The translations under genes were made by a program, and so were the position numbers. Under the pieces are notes generated by a model. It saw only the letters and a list, made by a program, of their open reading frames with translations. It had not been told where the DNA came from and searched no databases. A stretch of 64,000 nucleotides of DNA from Chara braunii (taxonomy: Eukaryota > Plantae > Charophyceae), in contig BFEA01000004.1 in assembly GCA_003427395.1 (NCBI GenBank), positions 3,690,334 to 3,754,333 of the forward strand, read 5' to 3'. Shown one piece after another: positions 47,707 through 61,845 of the stretch. Every line of letters begins with the position of its first letter. Within the stretch, counting starts at the first letter, position 1.

Positions 47707-50700
47707 CTTGGTGATTGACAGAGCATGGTCAACCTCAGGCAACCAAGACGATGGACCTCGACATACAAACTTTTCCAGTGTCATCAGCCAACATGGCATG
47801 CTTCAATCACACAGAAGCCCAAGAAGCAGCAGCCTCACACCCTTGAGAACAAGGCTTTGCAGGGACAGCGCTTCTCCGCTCCGTCAACTCCGCACGCATT
47901 GCTCATCAAGCCTCAAAAGCATCACAAACAACCTGGGCACACACAGCAGGGGCAGCACTGGAAGATGCACAACACCAAGCCGGCTGCACGACACCAAGCC
48001 AAGAGCAGATACAACACTCACCCCACCGTGAAACAAACCGTAAACCGTATGCCACACAATCATCTGCCATCCAGGGCTTCATAGAAATGCTAAAAGCACT
48101 GAGCCACATAGCCGGCACACATAAAAATGCGGTCAACGCACTGAACCACACCAGAAATGCTAAAAGCACTGAGCCACACCCTGCTCGTCTTCTCTCTCCA
48201 ATTTTTGGACATTTACATTAACCGCTTTACACACACTCAATGTACATATATACTACGCATATGAGCTTAAATGTTCGGGAGCATGCAAGAGAAATAGAGA
48301 CCAGCCACACACACACCACCATGTGGCATCCAAGAATGTTCTCCAGCAGCAATCCTTGCATAAAAAAAGACATAAATAAACCAAAAAAAAGGGCATATTC
48401 TAGCATACACTTGTACAAATGGACTCGAGAGAAGGGTCCTCAAGAATGAGAAAGCATCCGGCGAGCAGAGAGCCCAGGGGACCAGCAACAAGGCTGTAAG
48501 AAGGTCTGATGAGAGAAGAGAACGTCGTCGAGGAAGCCGGAGGTCAGATATAATAACCCAAGACTGACGCTTACTAACGCAGCATAGAAGATTAAAGAAT
48601 GATCGGAAATAAAAGAAACCTTGATTCCATAGTCTGTTTGGACTTGATGATTGAACCAGCTCCTTGACGCACATCTCAAAGAGCATAAAGACCTACAGCA
48701 ACTACAGGTACACACCTACCTGAACATACCAAGCCCTTTGCAGAAAGAATGTGACTTCCGAATGTGCCCCCTCACAATGATCCCATTGCCCAAGTAAAAC
48801 CGATTACTCAGCACACTGCACTCTCCAAGCCCTGCTAGCAACCTCCTCGACACGTTTTTTACAGACCTCTCATCGTACGACTGGGCCAGCACACAAGCCT
48901 CTCTTACGCTGTCTCAGGCCAAAACATTGCTCAACATCATCATCATCGGGCTAAAGACACAAGAGGGGTATTGTATAAGGAGTCAGGCAGAGACAGTACA
49001 ACGACGGCAAGAGGAGATAAGCCAATCGGAAAGGCAAACACGATGATTCAAGTTAAGGGACAAAAATCATATACCAAAAATTATTGATCGGGCAAGAGGT
49101 TGCTGCGCAGGAGCCCATCACAAAGCAGCCAAGCTTTGTCAATATATACAGAGTTAGTCCCAGGCCCGTACATTGGACAAAGTGGGTAGGAGGGGAGAAT
49201 CCATGTGGAGGATGAGATGGCAAGCCTGCAGCAATCAGGTACGCGCATGAAGAAAGTTTCCAGTCAGCTCAAACCGGGAGACAGCGCTAACCAATGCATC
49301 TTGGCTTGAAAAAACAGAAACAAGGAAAACGTTCGCAAAAGGAGGGAGTAAGAAAGGTGTACTGACCGCATACGCCCTATCTTCATATGTTCAGCCCATG
49401 CACCAGAACCGCAAAGAGACATCACCCGGGAGCAACACACTGGATAGATAATAATATCATTACCATATCTTTGCCAGACTTGCTGCCTCTGTACAAAAAA
49501 AACTGTTGCCAGCTATAGGACCTCGTTTTTACAGCGCCAATTACAGCTGTTGCATGTGTCATGCAGCCTGCAGGAGAAAATCGCTGTCATTACAGACGAG
49601 CGGTTTTGGCATTTCTCTTCTTCCCCCAGTCTCATGGCTATAGTTATACTTCTCCAGAGCGCAAAATACACGTCCCGGCACCAACATCACCCTTCCTTCC
49701 TCATTTTTTCGAGAAGTAACAACACACACACCGGCTTCGGGACCGCCGAGGGATGCTGGAGCACAATGACCATAACGTAGTACCCTATGTCCCATGCATC
49801 CAACCAAAATTGATCAGCCTGCACGCAATGGTTCAAGACTTGACCCCCCTCTGTCCACGCCTCGCCCTGCAATTGGCACTTCTTGAGGCAAAGACTTGAA
49901 CCAAACGTTCAGTCAATCTAGCAATGGCCAACAGAAATAGCCACACCTCGTCCGCACTGCCATGCACACCTCTCGTCCCCACCACCACCACCAGAACTTA
50001 TAGCTTCCGTCGCTGCTCAACCTCAATCTGCCTGCCATACTCTCATCACCGGCTACTCTGCACAAAACCCCTTATGGAGTTGTTTCTCCGGATTTTTGTC
50101 TCCCAGGCAACCCGCTGAAATATCCGGCGAAGACGGTTCCCAGCAGTCCTGCCAAACTGGGCTTGGAGCACCCTTCGGACACATTCCCTCATGCAAATGT
50201 CTCCCTACGCTTCGTTGTGCACAACGTTACATCCTCTCAACAAACCCCACCAGCCCTTATTTACCTTCATCGTGGCATCCGTTGCTACATGGACAAAGAG
50301 AGGACCGCAACTAAATCACGACTCCCCTTCATTGATACATACATACACAGATTACATGACTGTTGCCACGAGCAAAATTACAAACAGCACAGAGATCTGG
50401 AACCTTCCTTGCCTGCCTGCACTCTCTCTTTCTCTCTCTCCTCTCTCCATGTGCCCACCAGCATCGTTCAACACGATCGGCATTCCTTCACGCTGAAATG
50501 GATCCCACCCAACGCGGCTCACTCCTGACACCTCCATATCCTCTTTCTTCTTGAACAACAAACACGTCGTTGTAGCTCCGTTCTGTTTGTGGGGAGCAGC
50601 ATGACCGGTTTATCCAAAACCGGCAAAGCCAATCAGCTTACATCATATAAAACTTCATGCCCAGTCCCAGCCGGGAGATGCTTCCCGAAACCAACTTCAT

Positions 50701-51887
50701 CAACCAAGCCCTCCCCTCCCCACATAATATGTATACAGATTATCACTCGAGCTATGCAAATCGCAAAACCATATTACAATATATACCGCAGCGTAGTACT
50801 ACACACTATCAGATTGGATGTCAGATTTGGAAGTCCTGTATTGTTTCCGCAGGGGCAAGAGGGCAGCTACATCCTGCGAGCTACAGCCGCAGCTCATTCA
50901 TCAAGGCCATCCTTGTCTGTGATCCCATTTCATCTAGACGCCTGTCCTTCGAACCATCCATACTGTGTTCTGCCACGACTCCCATTTGCCACCGCAAACA
51001 GAGTTCCGCAGGCCTTGCTTTACCCCTCCACAAACTCTGCCATGTCCTCGCCCACAGCACTCGACTAACACAGGCAAACCACAGGCCATGTGCCTCCTTT
51101 CGTTTCTAACAGCAATCAATACTCGGACAGCCTCAACACCAGCATTGTTCCTCCAAAGCAATCTCGAGCTACTGATGAGCTACCCAAACCACTTTCCCTT
51201 TTCCACCAGGGCCGCTAACGTCAGCCTCAACACCAGCATTGCTNNNNNNNNNNAGCCTCAACACCAGCATTGCTCCTCCAAAGCAATCTCGAGCTACTGA
51301 TGAGCTACCCAAACCACTTTCCCTTTTCCACCAGGGCCGCTAACGTCACCACACAGTCAGCCAAAACAAGCCCACCTACAACACCCCAGCTTCTTGATCC
51401 TCCCTTCTTGCACGGTCCTTATCTATCCAGTACAGCGCCCTCCTTATCTTCCTTCACCACCTGCAACCAAGGAGACCCCCACACCATTCATCGGCTAACA
51501 TCTCCGGACAGTGTGAGTATTACTTCCAAACCAATGAGTATGAACATCCTCACTATCTTTTACACGAGGAATGTAGCAGGACAAGCTAAAGAAGAAGCAT
51601 CCTGCCCTTCAAGCGCACTCCATACAGTGACTGCATTCTTACATGCACACACTACACTTACACCTACAGTGCCTCCGGCAAGCGTCCTTCCGCAGACATT
51701 GTTGGAGTCCAGGCGACACCATCTTTAACCTCCACCTGCAACAGGTACCGTTCCCCAGATCCCCAGTCCTTCAACTCTGCCCTCAAATCCCTCAACTGAG
51801 TGTGCAAAGACTTTTAACTGAAACTAACACTTGTCACAAAACTTCTCGAACGGACAATTCCGCCCACAACAATTACCTGCGTGCCCT

Positions 51888-51918
<31 letters not shown>

Positions 51919-51961
51919 TCGCCCCCTTAAACCCCTCCGAAATGGCACCTCGCCATCAATC

Positions 51962-52026
51962 TCAGATGATCACCTCCTGTCGATGATCCGCGCGGTGCTC
52001 TGCACTTCGTGCAGGCAGCTTCCCAG
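51962..52026 (-). CDS. Candidate terminal coding exon of Pumilio
   Basis: Strong acceptor (attttctttttgcag) downstream of the phase-1 donor. Would give AGKLPARSAEHRADHRQEVII*. No homology support, and other acceptors exist (~51746, ~49867, ~48720). Confidence 0.25.
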
Positions 52027-52209
52027 CTGCAAAAAGAAAATCACACACCGATTAAAATGTCAAAATCACGCCCACACAATCGCAGCTTCTTTGACACAAT
52101 TTCTGCCCCTCACGATGCAGAATACTGCACTGCGGCAGGCATGCTCATTAAAAAGCAATTCCCCTCCACAATTGAACCTTTCCCTTCCATAATTAAAGCT
52201 TCAGTCATG

Positions 52210-52370
52210 GGCCAGCGGCCTATCTCAGTTGGTAGAGCACAGAAGCCGCATTCAGTACGTCGTGGGTTCGATTCCCCACGTCTTCCATTCGATTCCCCAC
52301 GGCCTCCTGCGGCACGCTACGGGTTCACCAGTTGAGATAGTCAGCTTGCCCCCCTGGTTGGTCTTGGTAG
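52210..52370 (+). mobile_element. tRNA-derived SINE (same family)
   Basis: A box CTCAGTTGGTAGAGC and B box GGTTCGATTCC. Shared TTCACC-g-TGAGATAGT--GCTTGCCCCC block. Confidence 0.7.
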
Positions 52371-52587
52371 GGCGTCCTATTTCATCCCTCACCTGGGGCA
52401 AGGCTCAACCTCAGTGGAATAAGTGGGCGCTTCACGCACAGGGTTCTATTCAGACAGTGTAGTGATCCCCTGGTTGACTTCCCCTGACTGATATAGGTAG
52501 GTAGGTAGTGAGAGGCATAATCGAGAGAAGAATATAGATCAGTTTTTAAAAATCAAAGAAAAAAATTCCCAGTCATAATCAAATTCA

Positions 52588-52707
52588 GGGCATACTCACA
52601 CTAGCACTTTTCAAAATGCATCTGACAGCAATTAGTGCTACACGTGGATGCATCTGACCGCAACAACTTCCATAAGTGAGCAAAAAAGTGCTAGTGTGAG
52701 CATGTCC
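52588..52707. mobile_element. Tourist/Harbinger-like MITE
   Basis: TCA|GGGCATACTCACACTAGCACTTTT...AAAAGTGCTAGTGTGAGCATGTCC|TCA. Confidence 0.75.
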
Positions 52708-52964
52708 TCATTCTCCCACCATAATCACAGCAGAGCAGAGAGAGACGATGCACAACAAAGGATACCATTCACACACCTGCACAGACTTCAACAAGATTCA
52801 TCATCAGCAAACTAAACCAAAACCCCTGTCCCACCTTCAATACTCGCCAGCATCAAGCTGCATCCTACCATCTATCCAACCTTCAACAAACCAGCCGCTC
52901 AGCCCAAGCACCCCTCCTTCCAAGGCAGAAGACGCCCCGATTTCTTTCTCCTTGAAAGACAAAT

Positions 52965-53640
52965 ACCTGATGCATTCAGCCACCTCCCCATGCATCTATC
53001 CATACACTCCCCTTGCATCAACCCATAAACTCAAACAGCTCCTTCACCCTCGTACTCGAACACCAATCCATGCACTCAAGGACCCTCAAGTACCATTATT
53101 ACCTACCATCCCACATACACAATCATCCCATTCTCCTTCCTTGCACCCTCTGCATGCATTCAGCCACTTCCTCATGCATCAACCCATACACTCAAACAGC
53201 TCCTTAGCACACCTCCTCATGAATTAGCCATACACTAGCAGGGCACAGGTTGGGTGCCCAGGCGCCCAGGAAAACAGCCTAGCCATTAAGCACCATCATT
53301 GCCTACCAAAGTGCCATCATCAAATTCTGCTTCCTTGCACCCATCATCATCATTGCCTACAATCAAGTACCATCACCACATTCTCCTTCCTTGCACCCAT
53401 CGCATGCGTTCAGCCACTTCCCCATGCATCACCACACACACTCAAACAGATCCTTAGCCATCATTCCATATACCATTACGCACCATCATTACATTCCTTC
53501 GAGTACCATAACCACATCCTCGTTCCTTGCATCCACCACATGCGTTCAGCAACTCCCCCATGCATCAACCCATACCCTCAAACAGCTCCTTTAGCACACC
53601 ACCTCATGCATTAGCCATACACTCAAGTTCCTCGAGCACC
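52965..53640. repeat. Degenerate minisatellite downstream of the last conserved Pumilio exon
   Basis: Recurrent ATGC[AG]TTCAGCCACTTCCCCATGCATCAACCCATACACTCAAACAGCTCCTT. Confidence 0.7.
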
Positions 53641-53652
53641 ATCACCACGTAC

Positions 53653-53827
53653 CTGCACCGGAGACCAGCTTCTCAACTCGAGCAACAATATGTTTCCCAT
53701 AAGTATATTTACGCAGTGCATGCAGATGCACCTTGATGCGACCCAGCAATAATTCACGCTGTGCGTCATCACACGTATCCAACACCTTCTGAACCACGTA
53801 GTTCGCAAACTGGTCCTTCATCATAGC
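53653..53827 (-). CDS. PUM: Pumilio exon (repeat 8 and end of PUM-HD)
   Basis: [58 protein letters not shown]. ctccag acceptor. Ends at a phase-1 G|GTACGT donor, or reads through to a TGA at 53642-53644. Confidence 0.95.
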
Positions 53828-54112
53828 CTGGAGCATACAACAACACCAGGATAATCACGTTCAAAATCTGCATGACATTCGAGCTCAAATTCCTTCATGA
53901 TCTACTGATGCAGTAAACAGGAAAATTGGGCATGCTGGGACCTCCTCATCTGGATGCAGCCGGATTGAATAACTCAAAACACACATTTTTAAATGATTTT
54001 TACACACATTTTTAAATGATTTTTTCCTCTTTTGCACCCATTTGGCCACCCACTACATATTCTTCAACTATCGACTTTTCTCCATTAAAAAACTGCCACT
54101 TTTATCCATTTA

Positions 54113-54353
54113 ACCACCAGTACATCTGGAGAATACGAATGAGCCTCTCCCAAAACTTCGGGGACTCGAGACGGCCCGCCTGGAGGTGGGCGGACTTCTT
54201 TTTTCGTGTTCAGGGCAGGGGCATCGTGGCACCCCACGGCATGGGACAGTTTTTTCTTTTCTACTGGCCCTTCAGAATGCCCTGTCCCAAGCCTCTGGAA
54301 TTTCAGGAGAGGCTCAATTCGACCTCAACTGGGCTGGGGCCATGTACTGAGCT
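54113..54353. mobile_element. MITE, TTAA family (Pumilio intron)
   Basis: ACCACCAGTACAT...ATGTACTGAGCT|TTAA. The internal part resembles 47060-47170. Confidence 0.55.
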
Positions 54354-55613
54354 TTAAACTAACATCTTCCCCCGAATGGAACGTAGGGTCATTTTAGATG
54401 TATTTCAGTCTAGATACAGACTTAATGGCCATATGCCCTATTCAGACGACGACAGTAAAAACAACTTGGGCAAACTGACAGTTGAATTGGCATCCATGGC
54501 TGAGGAAGACCACCAAGAGCACTATAGGCAGTACTAAAGTCTAGGTCACTAACATGATGATGCTGTGGAAGGAAAAAGACGAGGAAGAGCCATACAGGGA
54601 CAGGAAGAACATGAGAGGATGATTGAAGGACAGAAGACAGAGAAAATCATGCCGACTGTGAAACAGGCAGAGGCGGCAGCCGGCAGAGGATGACTTACCG
54701 TGGCAGTCTATTTACATGAAGTATATGCACGGCCCGAATGTGCACCACACTGGGCACACAGCCAACAATAGGAGTCCATAACAAAGGGGGAAGGGATCCA
54801 GGTGAAGATGGCACCCCTGCCACTGCCTCAGAGAAATCAAATGGCAGTTTTATAATTATTTTGTGGAACTGCCAATTCCTTTAGGACATCCAGAAGTCAT
54901 GTCCCGGGTTCATATCCAGCTTTTTTTTCCGGGAGATACAGAACACTAGCATGCACCTGCGCAAGGATAACCCGCACAAATCGGAAAAAAGGAGGGGCCT
55001 TTTTCTCTATATACTCTTAGAGGCAAGAGCGGGTCCGTCTCACGTGCCGCATCTTGCCGAGTCCTTCCCGTGCAGGCCCGGCGCAATTTTTTCTTTACGG
55101 CCATTGTTTTTGTTTTTTTTTTCGTGGTGGGAAGTTCAAGTCCAGCAGGCGGCAGTCGAAGTGCTGTTTTTCGGGTTTTCTTTTTGTTTCGTAGTGTGAG
55201 GGTCGAGTTCGGCGGGCAACGATCGAAGTGCTGTTTTTGGGTGTTTTTTCTTTTTTCGCTTCCTAGTGTGAGGTTCAAGTCTGGTGGACAGTGGTCGAAG
55301 TGCTGTTTTCCAATTTTCGTCTTTGTCAGCAGCGGTTTTTTTCCCGGAGGGGTGGACGGGCGGGTGTGAATGTCACTTGGAAACGAGCCCGCCAAAGTTC
55401 CAGATGGGTTGGTTGGCTACCTTCGATTGAGGGTGCGGGCAGTCCGCTGAAGATTCCGGTGGGTCGGTTGGCGCCCATCAATCAAAGGTGTTGGTATGGC
55501 AAGCGCAAACGTGTGACATGTGAACGTGTGTGAGTGTGTGCGTGTGCATGTGTGTGTGAGAGAGAGAGAGAGAGACAGAAAGTGGCAGTGGATATTTCCA
55601 TGTTCTAGAGGTA

Positions 55614-55716
55614 GATTCATTCGATTTTGCTCATCCTATCGATGTGGAAGATTCTTTCGATTTCGCTCATCCTATCGATGCGGAAGATTCTTTTGATTTT
55701 GCTCATCCTGTCGATG
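55614..55716. repeat. 3 x 36 bp tandem repeat
   Basis: GATTTTGCTCATCCTATCGATG-GGAAGATTCTTT units. Confidence 0.8.
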
Positions 55717-55786
55717 GAAGTAGTGTGAGGCCAGCCACGGGGTTGGAGACTTACCTTTGGCCGCTGCATTGCTCATCCTATCAATG

Positions 55787-55823
<37 letters not shown>

Positions 55824-56974
55824 CAGGTGTGCTCTCTATCGCTCGCTCGCTGCGACATTTGCATCTGACAGCTCCTTTGTTCACGGGATTTCTGTTCACT
55901 GTATCTGTTTGTCACGGTGTATATTCCTGTGTTCTTGCGGAAGATTCCTTCTCATTTTGCACATTGGCAAGCTGCTCAGTTGATGCACACATGAAACTGT
56001 TGAATTGCAGACGTGAGTTTGAATCCAGCGGCGAGCACTACAAAATAGTTCTGTTTTACAAATATCAGACGGCATGCTGATGCCTTGACCGATCCCCGCC
56101 CGAATGCTGCGCGTCCCTCATGTTCTAAAAAACTCGCCCCGGCCAGATAATGGACGTGCCTGGGGTGGGGCTGGCGCTGGGACACGGCTTTGCCACGGCA
56201 GTTTCACTTGTTTTTATAAAGGCAACGCAGCCGCTTGCCAGAGACAGCGAGCCAGAGAAAGAACCTAGTGTCAGAGAGAGGGGGGGGAATACCGTGTGTC
56301 ACTGCTACTTTATAGAGTGGACAGCCGTGACTGCATCCAGCAATGGTTTGACCCAGATATATCAAATAGCATAGTGGTCCCAATTCCGACAGAGCGAGGG
56401 GAGTGGGCACAACCTTGGTCATCAATTCAATATGGATTCGAACTTGATCAAACAACAGTTATTGGTTGGTACCCGTTCGAAGAAAAAAACGAGACAAAAA
56501 CGTAACCCACAAAAGAAAAGAAATGGACAAAGCCGGTCGCCCTCCATTGCAAATACTGGCCTCCTGTGCAAGTCACACACTCCACGGGTCAAGGTCTTCC
56601 TGGGCCGATACTACTAGAGACAATGTCGTCCCACCCCAAGAAAGGACTGCTGGTGCACACATGCAACCCGCAGCCCAAGGAAAAGAAATAAAGTTCAAAT
56701 GCTGTGTACAAACCGCACAGCAAGGCTCACACACAGTGAGCCGTACTTTACACACCCACAAAAGAAAAGCTTACTCTTCAATCTCTTGTCATTCCTTCAC
56801 TCGCCTCTCTACCAGTTCAAAAACTGACTCCACCAAAAAATGGATTAACAACAGAAAACAGGGTTCGGGAACAGATCTACAGCACTCGTCCACTTGAACA
56901 GCCGCGTAACTGTATCCCCAAATGACATCCCCTCAAGTTATGGTGTCATCTGCATGATTGATTGACAGACTGAC

Positions 56975-57169
56975 CTGGAGAGGTTCATTCTCGTCAGTTT
57001 GACCAAGCATCTCATTGATCAAAATCTGCCTTTCCGCAGGTCCACCATGTTCAAGGCATTTTTCCACGACATTGCTAGCAAACTTGTGCTGGCTCATTTG
57101 GACAATCTGCCCAGCAAGCTTAGTGATGATCTCACTCCGTTCGTCTTGCGTCCCACGCTCAAGTACATG
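56975..57169 (-). CDS. PUM: Pumilio internal exon (repeat 6/7)
   Basis: [43 protein letters not shown]...DENEPLQ. 195 nt, tttcag acceptor and GTCAGT donor. Confidence 0.96.
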
Positions 57170-57695
57170 CTGAAATTGCAACAAACACACAGAACGAGGT
57201 GACAAGGCAATGAATCAGTGGATTACACATAAGCACTTTCTTGCACAGCAGTTTCAACTTCCACGATGGAGACAAGGAAACCAATCGCAGCATCCTTGTT
57301 AACACAGTCACTTATGATAGCAGGAAAGGCCAGAACACATTCAATCGCACAACGGGATTACACCTTTCTGTATAGGGCATGCAATGATGCCAAGGCACTC
57401 TCTTCAAACTGCACCCCCTGTAATCATGTCAACCGGCTTATGCACACAGTTAATCATGATAGTTTTTTTTCTACCTTTGCATATAAGGGATGCAATGATG
57501 CCAAAGCACTCTCTTCAAACTGCACGCCTTTTATAATCATGTCAAGCAGCTTATGCACACAGGTAATCATGCTTGTTTGATAGCAGGGTCCGGGTGTTAA
57601 TGACCCAAACGTGCTACTGGAACATCACCCCTCTCAAAACACGCAAATCCTTCGCCAAGTGGGGATTAAAAAACTATGTGACAATCACCCCTAAT

Positions 57696-58007
57696 GGGTC
57701 TCGCTCCACCACTCTCGACTCTCAAGATCTTTTCAGTCGTTCAAGAGCTGTCAGACTCTCAAAAATGGGGGAAAACAGGTCACCACTCGAAGTGTGACAG
57801 TTTGGTTCCGACTCAAAGTCTACTCTTGAAATATTGAGGTCTTCTAGAGCAGCTAACAGAGGAGTTCCCTCGATCCTTAGTTGTTGCTCTCCAATTTTTA
57901 AGAGCACTCTTTCTGCCAACTCTCCAAAAACGTTTTTGGCAAACAAAACTCGAATGTGGCACCATGCCACGCTCTCAAAATTCGAGAGTCAGGATGGAGC
58001 GAGACCC
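57696..58007. mobile_element. Harbinger-like MITE in a Pumilio intron
   Basis: AAT|GGGTCTCGCTCCA...TGGAGCGAGACCC|AAT. The CTCCACnnCTCTCGA motif also recurs at 35430-36300. Confidence 0.65.
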
Positions 58008-59835
58008 AATGCCTACCACGTGAAGGTCTCTGTGTTCCGCAGAAGGGTCAGAAAGTACTTTCAGCAAAAGCATACAGGGATGAGCCTATTTGTCTGCCAA
58101 TAATGATTTCTTTTCTCTTGTTTTCCTGTGCAGCCTACAAATTTAAACCATTTCACGATTTATGTGCGTCTTCCTTGTGTGAGGCCCATTCCGATCTTCT
58201 CTACATCGTTCCAATTTTAACGGATGTCCCAAAGGACTGTTTGCCAATCATTTCGGACTTCCTAGCGCTACAGACGTTGCCGTTTGCTTGCCATTCCGAT
58301 GAGCTGTCTTTCCCCTTCTCCAAAGTCTGCCACCTTTTGCCCTTCCCTTACGACTTTCAGTATTCCAAAGGCAACACGGCATCAAGACACCAGGCGCTAT
58401 GCCATGTTAGTGCTCTATGCTTCAACCAAACCCTAAACCCATCAAGATGGCTAAAACAATCAACCAACACTAGAGACATTCTACACTGAGCTACACAACA
58501 CAGGGTTAAAGGAAAGAGACATTCTACACTGAGCTACACAACACAGGGTTAAAGGAAAAGAGTTTCCTGGAGCAAAAAAGTGACTCTCTCTCTCTCTCNC
58601 TCTCTCTCTCTCTCTCTCCAATCCCCAACCCCTCACGGCTGCCACGCAACAAAGACATTCTCCAGATTGAAACAATGACCCACAGACTGTTTCTCTCTGT
58701 ATCTCCACCTCTCTGTCCCCTCTCGCCTACCCCTCCAGTTGGCCGCATTTGCACAGGTGAGGTAAGAGGCAGAAAGGGGAAATAGAAAAAGAGAGCTAGA
58801 GCGGGCAGGCAGAGGAGGGAGGCAGGGAAGGAGGCACAGGTGTCCCTTTTGCATCCAGGAGTTCAGCAGAGAGGAGGGCAGCTGGTGGCAGTTGGGTAGT
58901 GGCTGGTGGCAGCGGGTGTGCAGAGGAAGATCACAACCGGCAGATGCCAGTGCAACCCGTCACGACTGTAGGATGGAGTCCGAGTAGCCCATTCAGATGT
59001 ACGAACAGTAATGGCTCCCAGATCGGGCTGCAGGGTATTTTCCCCCAGCGAGTGAGCTAAGTGTAAACTTTCCCCAGGCAGAATGAATGGGTGTGCAGAG
59101 GAAGATCGCGAAGGTCACCAGCAGATGCCAGTGCAACCCGTCACCCCAACAGACTCGAGGATCGAATCCGAGTAGCCCATTCAGATGTACGAACAGTAAT
59201 GGCTCCCAGTTCGGGCTGCAGGGCCATGATTGGGTCCCAGTGAGTCTAGAAGTTTCTGGAAACTTAGCTATGCGCTCTGATTATGTGTAACCTCCACCGC
59301 AGGTGACTTTTGGGAAAATCTTCGACTTTTGCTCCAGTGTGGCCGGGTTAGGCCTGACTGCTGATTTTTCTCGGGCCAGGGGTGACTTTTCCAGGTCCTG
59401 GAGGTACTTTTGAGACCCCGTACCCCAGTCCCTTGGACCTAAGGGACGTCTCAGTCGACTCATGACCCTATCCAGCAACTCTTGATGCCAGGAGTAGGAC
59501 TGCAACAAGACACGACCTTAGACTTGATTCCAGATCCCTTTGACTCGTGTTTTCTTGAAACTGCCTCAGAATCTGAACAACCAGACGTTTTCCACATCTG
59601 CCCAGCAGGGTCAAACAGCTAATGAGCTGCTTCGAAAAATAGACAACTGAGATCTGGACCTGCTTTTGGAACTGACTCGCCAGCAACGCCCAGCTTCAAC
59701 ACTACTACAGCCTCAACAAGGGTAGCAATTGACTTCCTAACATGAATGCTCCGTACCAGTCTACTTTACAACAAACACGTCACATGATACTTAAAACCAC
59801 CGTCAGTTGGCCCTTCGCTATTATTTTCAGATCCC

Positions 59836-61034
59836 TTCTTTTTCTTTTTTACTTTTTATAAGCCCATGTTGTCGTAGAGGCAGGGCATCAGGCGCGGGAA
59901 TACTCCCCGGGGTTCAGTCACTCGAAGTTTGGAATGACCCACTTGGCCCTTCTAGACCTTCCTAGACGGAGTCCCCTAAGGGCTTAGAGCGCTAAGTCCT
60001 ATTGCAAGTTGTGTCCCTTCCACACCCACAGCTTGCCCCTAGCGATCGGATTCTGTCCCTACAGATCCACCATCCAACTGGATGTATTACGGGCCCACTG
60101 TATGCAGCTTTGGCCCCCAACCATTGACTTAGCAGATCCCTGGCCGATACCCGTCGGTTAGACGTAGAGGGCCTACATCCCTCCTATTAATGCACAGTAC
60201 ACTCAGGAGACAGGCTCAGTACAAGTCCTTAACTGAGCTGCACTTTATCGGCATCCTCTGTACTAGTACCTCCAGGCCCTACACCCATCTCATAGCCTAC
60301 CTTTTACGCTTGGTCCCTGGTGGGGCCGAGGACCCTGATGACCGGGTTGTGAGAGCACCCCAATGCCTATACGCTGCCTAGAGACAACCAGCCAACCAGG
60401 TGGTCCTAATCCATGAGACAAGTCGACTCGAACCCGCTGGTCATCGGGCAGACTAACTACTTGGATCACCCCAGGTAGTATTTCTACCTACGATGCGATT
60501 TTTTTCAACCCACCCATGCGGTCTCCGCAGGTGGCGCATGAGGCCACTGTATGTGAGTCAACTTCTCCCCTCGAGCGGTGAACATTAAGCAACCCGAACC
60601 ATTCAGCCCTACCCACCACAAGGTTCCTGTACCCCACCCCACACACACTCCCCCAAGATGAGACAGCCTTACCCTCGTGGCTCAAGAACACGAGGGGACC
60701 CCACCCGTAGACATAGTACTCTCTGTGCCACGCCCTCCCCCTATGAGAGCCCCCATCTAGCCTGAGAAACACCAACGGTACCCAGACACCGAGATAGCAG
60801 TCCCCCCAGGGGGAGACACGGAGTAGTAGTCTAGGGGTCACACATGCAGATCATACTACCGGTTAATACCACTATGTACCAGCGAGGTTCGAGCAGGGCT
60901 CAATGGGGTTCGTCAAGGCTTTGTTATACAAGTACCATGGCAATCCTATAACGCTGCAAATTCTAACCGGGGCTGACAACCACATGTGCAAGAATAGCTA
61001 TGACCAGATACCACTGTGCGCCACTCTACTCATG
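59836..61034 (-). mobile_element. Family A-like terminus and body in a Pumilio intron
   Basis: T-rich run, then AGCCCATGTTGTCGTAGAGGC, resembling the family A terminus. Extent uncertain. Confidence 0.4.
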
Positions 61035-61734
61035 NNNNNNNNNNNNNNNNNNNNNNNNNNNNNNNNNNNNNNNNNNNNNNNNNNNNNNNNNNNNNNNNNN
61101 NNNNNNNNNNNNNNNNNNNNNNNNNNNNNNNNNNCCCCCATGGAGTGACAACCAGAAGAGACCTGAGATCATCCGAACAACGAACAGACCAAACCCCGAA
61201 AAGCCCTCCCCCAAGACTAAACCTATGGTACAATGTTTTTTTTTGTTTTTTTCTGTTCTTTTTGTTTCCTGTTTTTGGTAACCCCCTCAGAAGACCCCAT
61301 CCACCCTTCCTCTGATTGATTACCCGGTTGCACCACCAGCCCCTCTGTCCTACCTTTAGTGTGGACCACCCAGGACCATCACCCATCACCTACCCATCCT
61401 CGGATGGATTTGCTGAAAGCTCTCAATTGTACACGAATTCCCAAGATGAGATCGAATTGCACTGGACAGTAGCAGTAGCAGTGACTAAAGCGCACTTTCT
61501 TTTGGTCTCAGCAGACTCCAATTTTGATATTCCACCCAATCTTGCCCATATCAGTCCAAAGCCCAAAAATTATTTCGGTCAACCCATTTGTGAAAACGAA
61601 TTAAAAAAACAAGCACAAAACACATGACCTCACCATGTGCAAGCCTAACCAAACAGGTCTGTTCTAGCATAGGAGAGTACGGGTGGTGCAAAGATGCATC
61701 AAACACAAGTGCGCATATGGCTTGTTTTACCAAC

Positions 61735-61845
61735 CTGAATGACGTAGTTCCCGTACTGGTCCTGTGCAAGAACACATGTCGCTCGCAATATCTCCTCCAT
61801 AATACCATTGTTCTTCTGCTTCTCTGAGCAGTGCTCCAGTACTCT
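61735..61845 (-). CDS. PUM: Pumilio internal exon (repeat 5/6); this frame is not in the ORF track
   Basis: Manual translation RVLEHCSEKQKNNGIMEEILRATCVLAQDQYGNYVIQ. 111 nt, ggcag acceptor and GTTGGT donor. Fills exactly the gap between the neighbouring exons. Confidence 0.95.

Noticed and set aside
49143-49150. Pumilio response element UGUAUAUA on the minus strand (autoregulation)
   Set aside because: A single 8-mer in several kb is expected by chance, and the 3' UTR extent is unknown.
51129-51347. Exact ~95 bp duplication; CTGATGAG as a possible hammerhead core
   Set aside because: The duplication flanks a 10-N gap (scaffolding overlap), and there is no matching GAAA or stems for a ribozyme.
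52210-52280. Functional tRNA gene (also 39200-39275)
   Set aside because: No convincing acceptor or anticodon stems; the shared downstream body indicates a SINE.
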